In this document: piece after piece, positions 22,628 through 35,113 of the stretch
Position numbering within the stretch: position 1 is the first letter of the stretch
How the letters are laid out: every line of letters starts with the position of its first letter
Source of the DNA: Lama glama
Lineage: Eukaryota
Length of the DNA stretch: 64,000 nt
Reading direction: 5' to 3'
Assembly (NCBI GenBank): GCA_028534125.1
Contig: CM052818.1
Span: 34,474,001 to 34,538,000, forward strand
The notes under the pieces: generated by a model
What the model saw: only the letters and a program-made list of their open reading frames with translations
What the model was told of the DNA's origin: nothing
Databases searched by the model: none
Made by a program: the position numbers and the translations under genes

Positions 22628-25600
22628 GCCCGGGGCGGGGGGGGGCGTTCCTGGACCACTCTCCCCCTCGCTGTTCCCTTACTGGAGCAGCACCGTGGGG
22701 CGCGCCCAGAAGATGCCCCCATCTCAACCTGCTCTCCTGTGTGAACCCACAAATCGCTGCTCCTACTCAAGCCTCCACTTTCGCATCATTGGGCGCATCT
22801 CAGAGCTTCACTGCTGGCCCAAATTGTTGATGCTGGGATGAGGGACGGATGTGGAAACGGTGGGGGAGTCCCGGGCGGATGCACTCTAAGTGTCCTTCTG
22901 TCAGCTGCAGGACTCACGGTGACCTGGCTTGGGACGCCCTGGCTTTGCAGGCGGCACACAAAGCAGTGGCCCCAGCGCAGCTCAGCTCCAACGCCGGAGT
23001 GGCTGCAGGGCCCTCAAGAGCCATTGCTGGCCAACGGTGCCCGCTGTGCCCCAGTTCCGCGGGGCTTCCGGGAGGGGGCTTGGCCATGTGTACCGCTTTG
23101 CATGTTTGCCAGGAAGCACCGAAGTGTGTGTGTGTGTGTACTGAGAGACATTTTTCTCCTTAGTCTCTCCTCTCTCCCTAGGAACTGTCTTCTCACCTCT
23201 TCTCGACTCTCAAACTACTTCCACAAATGTGGTTCATAAGTAAGTGGCAAAAAGCCAGTCGCGAAAATGTCTGGTGTGCGATTTACAATTGTCGGGGTTA
23301 CAGTTCAGTCCTTCCTGTGACTCTAGGCCTGGGTGTTTGCCTCAGAGAGCAAACTGGCCCAGGTGAGGCTTCTTTGTTGTAATGCCTCCCTCCTGTACTG
23401 GTGCCCCCCACATCCGGATTTCTCCAGTGACCCTCACATGGCCTTGGGGCATATGCAGGACAGGGCAGGGCTTGAGGTCTTTAACTGGGGGTGCGAGGGT
23501 AAGGGTATGGTGACAGCCTCCAAGTCCCATGTTCTTTGTGTCTTGCCCCGCCATCTACTCCCTAGCCCCCCCTGCAGCGGTCCTGGGGTCCACCAGCACG
23601 TCTGCAGTTTAGCCTTGTCCTTCCCAGTCTTAGAGAGACGTTATCTTCACAGTTTGTCAGCAGCAGCTGATGGAGACCACAGATGCTAATGAGCTCCCAG
23701 TATGCTGTTGCAACCAGAATTCTCAAAAGGCTCTCTCTGACAGAAAATAATGGGACTGAGGGAGCCACAGGCTTCCAAGAGGTGCAAGAATAGGAAAACT
23801 GAGGCCCCAGGGAGGAAAAGGAGTTGCAAGGGAATGAGCGGTTGCAAACCAGGTGGAAGGACTCACCCATCCTTCAAAATGCAGCCACCCCTGTGGACTT
23901 CCAGATTCTCTATGTTGAACGTGGGCTCCAGTAAGAACAACTACAATAAAAGTTGTAAAAGAACAGTTTTAGTTCAGTTCAGGGGTACCATACTCCAGGA
24001 AGGTGGTCCTAACACCTCCCCTAGACAAGATCCAGTGCCCACTCCCTTCCCCCCATTCATGGCTTCCAAGCTGACTCTGCCCACAGACCCTTCACCCTGG
24101 GCTCTCTATGTCTGTGTTCTAGTCCCTTTGTATCTTCTGCTCCAGCTCTAGTGCTGTGTCATACTCATCCCTGGGGCCCCAGCACCTGGTGCTAGAAGGA
24201 CTTCAGTACCCGCTCATTGCATAACTTTTATACTGAGTTGCTGAAATGGCTAGTAGTCAGGAGAGTGGAAATGAAAAAGTGGGCTCTGGTTCAGGTTCCA
24301 TAGGGTCAGCAGCTCAGCTAAGGGGTGCTCTGTGTCGGCAGGGTGGAATTGCTACATCTTTATAGATAAGGTAACTGAGGTTCAGCAAAGTTCCAGGCCT
24401 TCCTCAGGGCAAGTTCAGGGGCTTTTTCCTAAAGATGCACATGTCCGCAGGAAGCCTGATGACGCTCACCCTCTTCCTGAGAGAACCTCTACAGGGCCTA
24501 GGGAGGAGATGGATTTTTTTTCCCTGTAAAGTACCACCAAGCCTTACAAGGATCACCTGATGACCTTACAACTGGAACACGCTAGTGAATTTCATTCTTA
24601 AAAAAGGAGACATTAAGCACCTGTTTTTAAAAATTAAACATTCACTTGTATTGCATAAATACAATAGTCTAAAATATCCTTCGATCCAATAAGGCTAGAT
24701 AAAAGTGGAAAAGGCAAAGGAATTGAGGAAGGAAAGAGAGAGAAGGCGGTAGAATGTAAAAAGAAAAAGAATAGGGCAGGGTAGCAAGGAAACATCTAGA
24801 AGGAAGGATGGAGGCCCTCAGGTCTATTAATCCTGCAGTTCACTTAGACCGTAAAATTCAAAGGGAGAAACCCCTTGTTGGCACGCTGTAAAAATTTAAT
24901 ATTCCTTTTTTTCTTAATCTTTAGACTCTGTTCAGATAGGTCACTAAACGCACTCTTTTATCCTGTCAACATTCATTGGATATTCTACTAGCCACAGGAG
25001 ACCGTGCCAGGCTCTGGGGACGCAAAGATGCAGCGCTCCTGGGTATCCCAGTCAGGGTGGGAAGGAGGTAAGTGGAGCAGCCCAATGAAGCAGTGAGGGA
25101 GAGTGGGGCGAGGAGCTGGGGCAGCACAAATGAGGACAGGACCCAGCCAGGGTGTGGGGCTGGTACAGAGCACTCCCAGGAATAGGCACCAGTCAAGCTG
25201 GATGAGAAGGGAGGGATGGGGTAGGGGCAGTCTGAGCAGAGCAAATAGCAAGAGCAAGGGTGCAGAGGCTCCAGGCTTGGGATCCAAGCCCCTAGGCTCC
25301 CTTCCACATGAGTCCCTTGGGATATGCTGCTGGGAGAAAGGAGGGGTGGTTCTCCTTTGGTTCTTGGAAATTCTGCCGCAGACATCCATTCTCCCACCCC
25401 TCACAGCGGACAGATCTGCTCCAACACATCCCACCACCCTCAGCCTTCTTCAACCCCAGTCCCTAGGATTGGGCTGAGTTAGTGCCCTGGACTAGGAGAA
25501 CTGCCCTTAGAACATAAGCCTTTGAGGCCTTGGCAGTCAGACATCTCCAGTCACGCTTAGCCTGGCTCCTAAGCACCCCTCAAGCATCACTCCATCCTCC

Positions 25601-26205
25601 CAGACCCCAGAGGTCAGGACCTCTTGTGGGCACAGTCTCCATGAGAGCATATAGGCAAGTACGTTCCTTTTCCCTCTTGGGGCTTCTGTTTCTCAAGGAC
25701 CGGCCACCAGGCACAGCCTTGCTGTCTGGTGATGCTGCTTTTCCATCTAGGGGGCTTAGGTTGGGATTTTTTTGCAGCACAGTGTGACCCATCCAGAGCA
25801 GCCAAGCCTGCCCCATCCAGGCCCCTGAGCCTTGTGGGCACCAGCAGCCCTGCTGGCCAACTTGACGGGGGAGGGGGAGGTGGCATGGATCACCCACACA
25901 CTCGAGTGCAAAAGCCCAGCTTCCTGTGCACATAGTTCCTTCTCCCCCAGGGGAGGGGGGTCGGGCCCCACACCCCCCCCACCACGCTCATGCCCACTCC
26001 CATCTGCCAGCTCCTGGGGGCAGAAGAGCTTGCCTGGCGGGGCAGGTGCAGCAGAGCCCTGGTTGAGGGGTGGACAAGCAGCTCTGCTCCAGGAGCTGCG
26101 AGAAGACACCTGAAGCTGGGCAGGGCTTTATCTGGGAGCTAGCGGCTGCTGAATAATGAATTCCGACTCTATCTGCACTGCTAGGCTGCACACAGGGCAC
26201 GGCGT

Positions 26206-26208
<3 letters not shown>

Positions 26209-26248
<40 letters not shown>
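26209..26248. repeat. (CA)20 microsatellite in the OTOF promoter
   Basis: Perfect CA run preceded by gcgtgcg. Confidence 0.95.
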
Positions 26249-26252
<4 letters not shown>

Positions 26253-26380
26253 ACACACACGCTGGGCTGACAACTTGGAGGGGCGGGGGCTGGCAGGGCT
26301 GTGAGTCTCTGTGAGTAGCTGGAAGGAGCAGCTTGGCTTGGTTGCCTTGGTCTCTGTGGGCAGCATCGCAGGGGAGAGAA

Positions 26381-26400
26381 GGAGGAGGAGGAGGAGGAGG
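26381..26400. repeat. (GGA)6 repeat near the OTOF start
   Basis: ggaggaggaggaggaggagg read directly. Confidence 0.9.
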
Positions 26401-26513
26401 CAGCGGAGAGGAGGGAGGCGTGTGCGCCGCCGAGCCGCGCTCCATCCCCAGAGCTCGCTCCTTCCCCAGCTCGGCTGCTCCCGCCTGGCAGTGCCCAGGC
26501 TCCCCACGCCAGC

Positions 26514-26592
26514 ATGGCCCTGCTCGTCCACCTCAAGACGGTCTTGGAGCTGCGGGGCAGAGGCGACCGGATCGCCAAAGTGACTTTCCGAG
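26514..26592 (+). CDS. OTOF: Otoferlin exon 1 (79 bp coding); [26 protein letters not shown](G), start of C2A
   Basis: cagcATGG start and G|GTAGGG donor; matches the recalled otoferlin N-terminus. Confidence 0.97.
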
Positions 26593-29049
26593 GTAGGGAA
26601 GGCCTTGACTTATGGGGACCCCAGCTCTGGGCTGACGGGATAGGGCAGGGAGGGGAGGATGGACTGGAAAAGTTCTAGTAGGGTTAGGGCAATAAGGCTT
26701 CTCGGGAGCAGCCAGCCAGCCCCCCGTGGCCTGACTAGCCATCGTGATTTCTTGAACATCAGGGTCCCCCATGTTTCCACGTCTGCATGTCTGTCTCTCC
26801 CTGCACTTGCCAGTGTGCCAATGCCTTGGTGGGGGGTGGAGCCCTCCACTTGCAGGAGGTCCTGGGAAGGCAAAAGTGAGGACCCCACTCCTGGGCTGAG
26901 GGGCACTCAGCACTGAGGGGCCCAGCGCTGCAGAGTCTCTCCCTCCCCTTCTTCCTCTCCCTCCTGCAGAGAGTGGGGGTAGGGTCTACATCCTAGAAGA
27001 CCCTGGAAGCTCCCAGAAACCAGCATGATGGGGATACCATTGGCTTCTCACAGGTCTCTCTGTGGGCAGGGATCCTGAGAACCCCACCAGCCTCCCTCTC
27101 TGCCGGTTCTTTTCCTCCTGTCCTCCCACACAGCCAGTGACCATTTAGCATGATTTGTGTGCCAAGGCTGGGGACTGGGCATGACCCAGGCCCTGCCCTC
27201 AATGAGCCCACATCCGATGGGGTAGGAGGACCAGTGGGCAGACAACAGTACAGGTATGTGATACGGTGAAGATGGGGATGAGGGTAGTATGTGAGCTCCA
27301 GAAGCAGCACCCTGACCTAGGCTGGGGGAAGGGTGGTCAGGGAAGGCTTCCAGGAGGAGGTGACACCTCAACTGAAACCCAAGGAACCAGCAGGAGAGAG
27401 CAAGGCGAGGAGGTAAGGACAGAGCAGGCAGAAGGGACAGGATGCTCAAGGCCAGGAGAGGAGCTGGAACATGGAAACAGAGGCTCCATGGGGCTGGTGC
27501 GAGAATTGAGGCAGGAGAGATGGGCAGAGCCCAGGAGGCAAAGCCACCCTCACCCGGAGGACCGTGGGCAGTCCCTGAAGGTTTTTAAGCAGGGAAAGAC
27601 AAGGCCAGGATTACTTCTGCTTTTTACCCACCCACCTCTGCCTCTGCCTGGCTACAGCTCAGCCCCCTGGGCCATGGGCATCTCTGGCAGCCTTTGAGCA
27701 AAGGCTAGGGTCCTCCTCACTAGACCCCCTTTCTCCCCAGAGAGGGGTCTGAGGGTCAGGGTGGGGTGGGAGAGTAGGGAGGAGGAAGGAGCAGAGAGAA
27801 CCCACTAGATTGAAAAGGCAAATGAGCATCGAGGCCCAGGCTGGACACACATCTGCACCTGCATCAGGAGGGAGAGGTGAGACCCAGGGTCAGCCTTATC
27901 AGGACTTCTCCAGCAGTGCCCCCAGGCCCCCACATCACCCTCCAGTCTGGCCAGCTCCGGGCATGGGTCCCTGGCTTGTCTACGCTGCGGCCTGTTGTAC
28001 ATAGGGAAGGGCAGAGGCTGGGGGTTCGCAGAGTCCCTGCCGGCAGGAAGGAAAGGAAGGGCTGGCCAGGCTGCCTGTTGCTTCCCACACCAGCCCAGAC
28101 TGCCTTCTCTGCAGCACCCTGGGTCTCTGCATCTCAGCGTGACACCTGCTGGCTCGCGCTGGCTTTAGAGAAAGGAAGTGTGTCCTTTCATCAGTGACAT
28201 GTGTTCCAGTGTTGGACAGACAGCACAGCATTTGGCTCTTTAGCTACAGGTCGCTGTGTGGTTGCAGCTATGGCAGGACAATCCAAGGCTGCACAAACCA
28301 ATCCCATTCGCAGGCAGAGAAAGCAAGGCTGGGTCTTAAAGGGATCTGCATGGCATTGGTGGAGGGACCAAGGCACGGTGGCCCCAGCTCACAAGACCTC
28401 ACCCCCAGTCCTGGTTCCTCCACCCTGAAAGCCTTTTTATCCCCTCCTGGTCAAGGGGGTGAGCACTTAATCTACCTGAAGCCCACCTTTTTCTTTGAGC
28501 AGTGGGGCTGGTCCTCCAGCCTCAGTGGACCACACAGGAATTAGACTATTTGCAACCCATGCCCTCTGGACTGAGTGGAGAAATCCACTTCCAAGCTCCT
28601 CAGCGGCAGCAGGCGGCCACAGGCAGAGCTCCTGGGGAAGGGGGTTGGGTAGCAGAAACAGGCAGATGGCAAACAGGTTTCCAGAACCAGAGAAGCCCTG
28701 GCCATTCACCTGCTGCAGCCAGCAGTTGACAACTCTAGATGCCGCAAAAGACCAACACTAACTACAATTCAGAAGGAACTGACTCATTCTAGAATGTTCC
28801 ACAGTGTCTCCTGACACATACAACTACTGGTGTCCAAGCAAATATACCCTGCAGGCAGAAATGAGAAGCTGGTGAACAATCAGAGGGAGATGCTGGCCCT
28901 GAGCGTCCCAGATCCCTTGAGTGAAACTCAGTGCCAGGTTGGGTGAGGGACTTCTAGGTGAGTTGTGCGTGGCCCAGGTAGACCAGTCTAGCTGATTGCC
29001 TTTCTGTGCTGTGCCACCTGGGACACTTAGGAAAGAGCCTTCTGGGGCT

Positions 29050-29240
29050 GTGGTGGAAAAATCTCCAGATATGGCATCAGAAATCCTGGGTCCTACCAGG
29101 GTTCTGTCACTTACTTCACCTCTCTGACCCTCAGTTTCCTCATCTGTAAAGTGGGCATGATGATAAGACCCACCTCACCAGGTTGCTTCAGTGAAGCAAT
29201 AGGTACGGGAGAGTTTGAGGAAAGAGCATGGAAACAATCG
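29050..29240 (+). mobile_element. MIR SINE
   Basis: cctgggtcc...tcacttacttcacctctctgaccctcagtttcctcatctgtaaagtgggcatgatgata. Confidence 0.75.
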
Positions 29241-30861
29241 ATGTGTTTGTGAGGTGGCTGCTCCACTGCCACTTGGGGCAGCTGCTGGCTTCTGAGTCAT
29301 CTTCTCTCGAGCCCAACTTCCTTCTGTCAGCCAGGAGTGATTAGAGAGGGCACCATGTGAGCTATAAATAGGGGAGGAGAGCACATCTGAGTGGTTCCCA
29401 ACCTGTGGCAAGAAACTGGCCTGGCCCCTGCTCTGTAGGGCCCCCAGCTGAGATGTTCCACAGGAACCCGGGCCTGGGGCAGACCACCCCAGAGGCCCCC
29501 GTTCCCACGTGGGCCAGGCATGAACCAGCTTTGTCCCTGGCCACCCCTCTTTTCCCATCACCCAGGTCAGCTGGCCATCTTACTACCCTCAGGCGCACTC
29601 CTCATGCACCACCCAGCTCCATCTGTAGCTCGTGGCTCTTACTACCCCAACCACCACTCTTAATCTGGTCCTGCCCTTATTGCTTCACTCACTGAATGCG
29701 CTGATGTTTGTGACCAGGCCGGGAATCAGGCTGGGAATGAAGAAGACACAGGCCCTGCCCTGCTGAGTTGTAGTCCATTGAGTCAGACAGGAGGTACCAG
29801 AAGGTCTGGGCCTCAGTCCTCATCACGCATGTAGACCACAGAGCCTCAGGGCCTCCATGTCCCAGAAGCAAGATGGAGCCCATGGTCCGCATCTAACTCA
29901 GAGGTCTGCAGCCAGGATCAGGGGTGGGCTGCCTGGGGAGGAGCCATCTTGACTACAGGTCACTACTCAAAAGGAGGCAGTATTAGCTGAAGGTTTGCCC
30001 TTTTTCAACTCCCAAAGTAATCCCCAGCATCAGTCATAGAGCCGTGGAAGGGCCTCTAAATTTCTTTAGTCCAACCATCTGCCCAGTTCTCAGCCCGGTC
30101 CAAACCCTCAGGCATGGGTCCCTGGGCTGTCAGAGAACGAAGTGACAGACTGCCTGGAGCCAGCCTCATGATCTTTTTCTCTCCATCCCTGAGCTTTCAA
30201 AAAGCTGGGACTGGGGATTTTGATGAGTGAGATGGGTAATCTCTGGAGGCTGGATCCTATTTCCACGTAATTCACCTGACCTGGTAACTGGCACAGAGGT
30301 ATACATTATCAATCCTTTTGACTTTTCCTCCTTATCCCTCTCCCCACCCCACCCCACTGCGTTCCCACTACACTGAACTTTCTGCCATTCCTCCAAGATG
30401 CCAAGGGTTCTATGTCTCCAAGCCTCGAGACATCGTATTTCTTCTGCTGCCTCCACCTTGAGAACTTCCATTGATTCTGTGCATCCTTCAGGGCCCAGCT
30501 CAGCCATCACCTCCTCCACGAAGCCCTCCTCCTCCCTTGCAGTACTGTGTACGTGCTCCTCCCACAGCTCACCTAGGGTGCTTTGCAGTTCAGAAACTGC
30601 CCCAGTTTGCATGCTGCACTAACTTCAAACACCTTCAAGACAGGGAACTGATCCTAGTTCTTCTAATTGAGTCATCTGCTGAGCACTGAGCTTGGTCATC
30701 ACAATGAATACGAAACAGTATGTCTTTGAGGTATTCACTTCCTAGTGGGTTTGAACTCTTCTTCCTCTGTGGCACTGACACTCTTTGGCTCAGTATCCTC
30801 AACTATGAACTGCCCCCGCCTCCAGCTGCCTATCCAAGGGGGATCAGGGAGCCAAACACCC

Positions 30862-31997
30862 ACATAAATTAATTCAATATAGATCATAAACTGAACATTT
30901 GAAAAAATACTGTAAGCTTCTAGAAGAAACTATAGAATACTTTTATTATATTCTTGGGCTAGGCAAAGATTTCTTAAATGCTTCACTAAACATAAATCAA
31001 TTTCACCAAAAATTGACAAATTGGATTTCTTAAATACCAAAAACTCCTACTCATCAAAAACACATTTTAAAATGTAATGAGAAAGAATCAGATGAAAATA
31101 TTCACAAGACATTTAAGGATGAGTAGCCAGAATATATAAGGAACCCTGACAAATCCATAAGAAAATGACAAATGACCATATTTTTTAAATAGTCAAGAGA
31201 CTTAAACAGATATTTCAAAAAGTGAAACATAGAAATGGCCAATAAACACATGAAAGTGTGATCAACATCATTAGTCATCAGAGAAATGATACTCAAAACC
31301 AAAATAAGACATGATTTCACATGCACTAAAATGTAAAAGTCTAACAATGCCCAAATCTGGTGAGGATGAGGAACAATTACTTTTTTTTTTTTTACACCGT
31401 GGGTGGGATTGTAAAATGGTATAATCACTTTGGAAAACTGTTTAGCAGTTTCTTATAAAGTTAAACACATACCTGCACTCTGACCCAGTGATTCTGCTCT
31501 GGGATACTTCCCCAGGAGAAATGAAATGGTAGGTCCACAAAAATACTTTTGCAAGAATGTTCCCAAAGAGTATCTTTTACTCACAAGAGCCCAACATTGA
31601 AAGCAACCCCAAAAGTATCACGGAGAAAATGGATCAGCAAGTTGCGGAATATTCATACGACAGAAATTGCTCGACAATAAGCACGCATTACTGATACGTG
31701 CAACAACACGGGCGGATCTCAAAAGCATTACCTTAACTGCAAGAAGCTAGACACAAGAAAGTACATTCTGTACGATACCATTTATACACAAAGTTTAAAA
31801 TCAAAAGTTAGAAATCGGAGCAGTGGTTTACCTAGGGAGGGTAGAGACTGACTGGAAAGTGGGGGACAAGGGAACATCTCAAGACTTAGGAATGTTCTTG
31901 ATTGTATGGTGATGACACAAGTATACGCATTTATCAAAACTCATTGAGTTGTGTGCTTAAGATCTGCGAATGTAAAATTTACCCATTTAAAAAAAAA
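30862..31997 (+). mobile_element. Old L1 (L1MC/MD-type) 3' fragment: end of ORF2, 3' UTR and A-tail
   Basis: aagcttctagaagaaac..cttgggctaggcaaagatttctta..aaattgacaaattggattt..atggccaataaacacatgaaa..tcaacatcattagtcatcagagaaatg..cactttggaaaactgtttagcagtttcttataaagttaaacaca, ending in an A-run. No intact ORF. Confidence 0.88.
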
Positions 31998-32199
31998 GAG
32001 GTAATCATCCTTAAAATACCTGAATCTTGAAAAATATTATATAAGGTGAGGTAGAAAATGGTTCCTGATTATATACTACTAAAATAAGCTACAAAATGTG
32101 GTTAATGTTGGAGGAAACCATTTTTATACTTAAGACATAACTTACATGTCAAAAGGAGAAAGGAAACTCTTTAGTAGAATAATAGCCATTTTTTAATTG

Positions 32200-32350
32200 G
32201 GTAATGAGCTGTGTACCAGGTGTAAGCACTTCATTTTCTCCATTTTATAGATGAGGAAACTAAGGCAAAGACAGGTGAACTTCTTCAAGGGCACACGGCC
32301 AGCAAGCAGTAGAGCGGGGCTTTGAACTCAGAGAGTCTGGCTCATGAGTC
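32200..32350 (-). mobile_element. MIR SINE
   Basis: ctccattttatagatgaggaaactaaggca...caagggcacacggccagcaagcagtagagcggggctttgaactcag. Confidence 0.75.
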
Positions 32351-35079
32351 TCAACCCCCGTCCGGTGGCCCCTTGTGCTTGTAAGAGACTTGATGCTTTA
32401 CTCAGACGTTCACAGAAGCAGTCTTTTGCTGACCTTCAGAGTGGTTCCAGGATGAAGGTTCGTCTAGGGTAATTGCCCCTCAGGGTAATTACAATGACTC
32501 TGAGACCCCGAGGGATTGACTAGCCAGCTCCAGGCCTCCCAGCCCTGAGCCGCAATCCCAGGCCCCAAACCTGACTCAGCCTGGCTCTTTTTTCTACACA
32601 CAGGGATGCCTGGGCCCTGCTTCCCCGCACTCGTGGGAGTAGCTGGCATTCAGAAGGAACAGGTTGATCTGAACTAGGGGGGATTGAAAACAGTGGGGCC
32701 ACCACTCTTGAGCTGCTGTGGAGGAAAGGGGGGTGGGGGTGGGACGTCACAGTGTTGTAGCAGGGAATGGGTGCTGGCCAGGCCGCCCTCCGTTGTGTCT
32801 TCCCAGGCAATGCAGACAGTCGGGTTTGGCTGGTTGTAAATAAACACCAAGAAATAACAGTTACGGGTCTGGGTCACAAGCAGAGTGCCTTCCCTATTTC
32901 TCAGCTCACACAGGGACAAGAGGAGTGTCCAGTACTGATACAGCCCAGGGGGCTAGGTCCTGGGCAAAACCATCATGTCCCCGAAGCTTATTCCCTTCCA
33001 CTTTAGGATCTCCTCCCCCACCATGTGCTCGCCCAGGACCCCAGAACATCCCCAAATCCAGGTCTTCCTTGGATGGATGGGCTACTCCCTGAGGGGAGAC
33101 CCTTTTCCCTTTCACCTTCACGATCAGAACTCACCTGTCCTGTGTCTCCTTCCGGGCTCCATTCTCTGCTCTACACATTCAAACCTTTGCTCACATCACC
33201 GTTCGCTGCCTGACGTCCCTTCTCTCTCCCTTTCTCCAAGTTTCCCTGCATTTCTAGATTCTATCCGATCTTCCAGTGTAAATGCCTTCCTTGAGCTGCT
33301 AAGTTGAGATCATTTCTCCTTTTCCCGTGTTCTCATTTTACTTACACTTTTTTGCATGCCAACAACCAAGTTTTGCCTTATGTAGTAGCCTTTTACATTC
33401 CTGACCTATCCCTCTTCTGGATTGTAACAAGATTGTTCAGGGAGCATCCCAATGCAAATTATCTTTGTACAACCCCTGGCCCACCCTCCTCCACAGCTGA
33501 ATGGCTGTGCTGGTGCCGTGGGAACAGAAGACCCTCTTACATGTGGGATGAATGAAGGCACAGCGGCTCACAGCCCAGTCCCTACATGCTTGCCTTTTCT
33601 CAAGGTCTGGCTCTAGCAAGGTAGACTGCCTGGAAGAGAGAACTGTTCGGTGCAGATGGGATGTTTTGTACCCTTAAGTCACATCACATGAAAGCTAGCA
33701 CTCCATCCTGCACACGAGACAAGAACTCCAATTAGGAGTATGAATAGTTAAAAACGGCAAAGGACATATGACTTACTTCTAGTAAGCTTTGGACTCCTGT
33801 GCCCCTCCATTTGGGTATATCTGATGTCGTGGCACCTGTTACAGTTGTGCGCACAGAGTCTGCAATCCAAACTTCATTTATTGACTCAAGGAGGATTTTA
33901 TTTCAAACCAAACAGCTCAGCTGTCCCATGAGCCTCCAAAGGAAGAAGGATGCTGTTCAAATTTCCCCACCTAATCCGCTCACTCTATTCACAAAAGCCT
34001 CTCCACTGCAGGGAACAAGGCTATGTTCTTTCTCTCAAGCCTTATTCTCAATCTCTGTGGCGACAAGGGTGATTGGATATTGGGATTTTAAATGGCTTTG
34101 TCTGAAAATCATTTAAAAAGAAGCTGAAATGTCAAGACAGGTATTGAGTGGAATAGATGTTAAGTGGAAATGAACTTGAAATGAGAGATGGGTTAGTAAT
34201 CCCCATTGATAACTTGGAAGGGGTGACAGGGGTCCCCGGGGTCTGCCCTAATGAATAGAAAAAGACCACTGGAATGATCTCTTCCCCGGTACAAACCCTC
34301 CTGAAAAGTGGCTTTCCCAACATGCTTAAGGACATTCTGTTTTCTTAATAAGTTGTCCTTCCCACTGTTTCTGTACCATTGATTTGATTTTTTTTTCAGC
34401 AAAACTTTTTTTTTTAATATCTAGAGGTAAAATTTAGCTCATACTGTTTGACAATATTCACCACATTTAAATCCCCGGAGCCTGAGGCAGTGAGGTTTTT
34501 ACACAGCCCTTCTGCGTACATTCTGCAATGGCTGATTTCAGGGTCTTTTACGTCCTCTCTAATGAGGCTGTAGGAAATATGCAGCCGGGGCCGGTTTGAG
34601 TCCTACATTCAAACCCTGACATCAACTGGGCTGCTCCCTCCCCACCTCCCTTCTGGCCAGGTTGCTCAGTTTCACTCTGGGGAAACCCTTGAACACAGTC
34701 TCATCCAGGCTCATTACCATCTTCCAGGATGAAAAGGCCTTTGATTACGCAGAGTAGCAGGTCCTTGGGGGAACCCCCAGTGCACAGCTATGCTCACCTG
34801 ATTCTCAATTAGCATTGCGTGTTGCCTGTGGGAAAAATTAAAAGCTCAGGCACCACCCCTCATGCTTCCCTCCCCTCCCCAGCCTGCCTTGCGGTTTGTG
34901 GTTGAGATTTTTCTTTTCAGTTTTTTGTTTCGTTGTGTTTTATCCCCAGCTAGTGCTAAAGAGTCTTTCTTTCCCATCTGTCTACTTCACCTCTATTTTC
35001 TGTGTCTATTGCTTTTGCCTTACAGCTTCTTCCTCATTATCTTGGGTGCAGTCCCTCCTTATGTGCCTCCATCCTCCAA

Positions 35080-35082
<3 letters not shown>

Positions 35083-35110
<28 letters not shown>
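35083..35110. repeat. (CA)14 microsatellite
   Basis: Read directly. Confidence 0.92.

Positions 35111-35113
<3 letters not shown>

Larger units (their letters stand above)
21880..23100. promoter_or_regulatory. FAM166C: CpG island / promoter of FAM166C, divergent from OTOF
   Basis: Dense CpG and GC content around exon 1; GC box ggggcgggg at ~22632-22640. Confidence 0.85.
26100..26513 (+). promoter_or_regulatory. OTOF: OTOF proximal promoter and 5' UTR
   Basis: CpG-containing region directly upstream of the ATG, with (CA)20, (GGA)6, GATA and POU-like motifs. The transcription start cannot be fixed from sequence alone. Confidence 0.7.

Noticed and set aside
22688..22706. REST/NRSE-like CAGCACCGTGGGGCGCGCC in the CpG island
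   Set aside because: The left half matches, but the essential GGACAG core is GGGGCG here; probably chance in GC-rich DNA.
31102..31428. Hydrophobic 108-aa ORF, and similar F/L/I-rich ORFs at 37.6-42.9 kb
   Set aside because: These are antisense translations of decayed L1 sequence.
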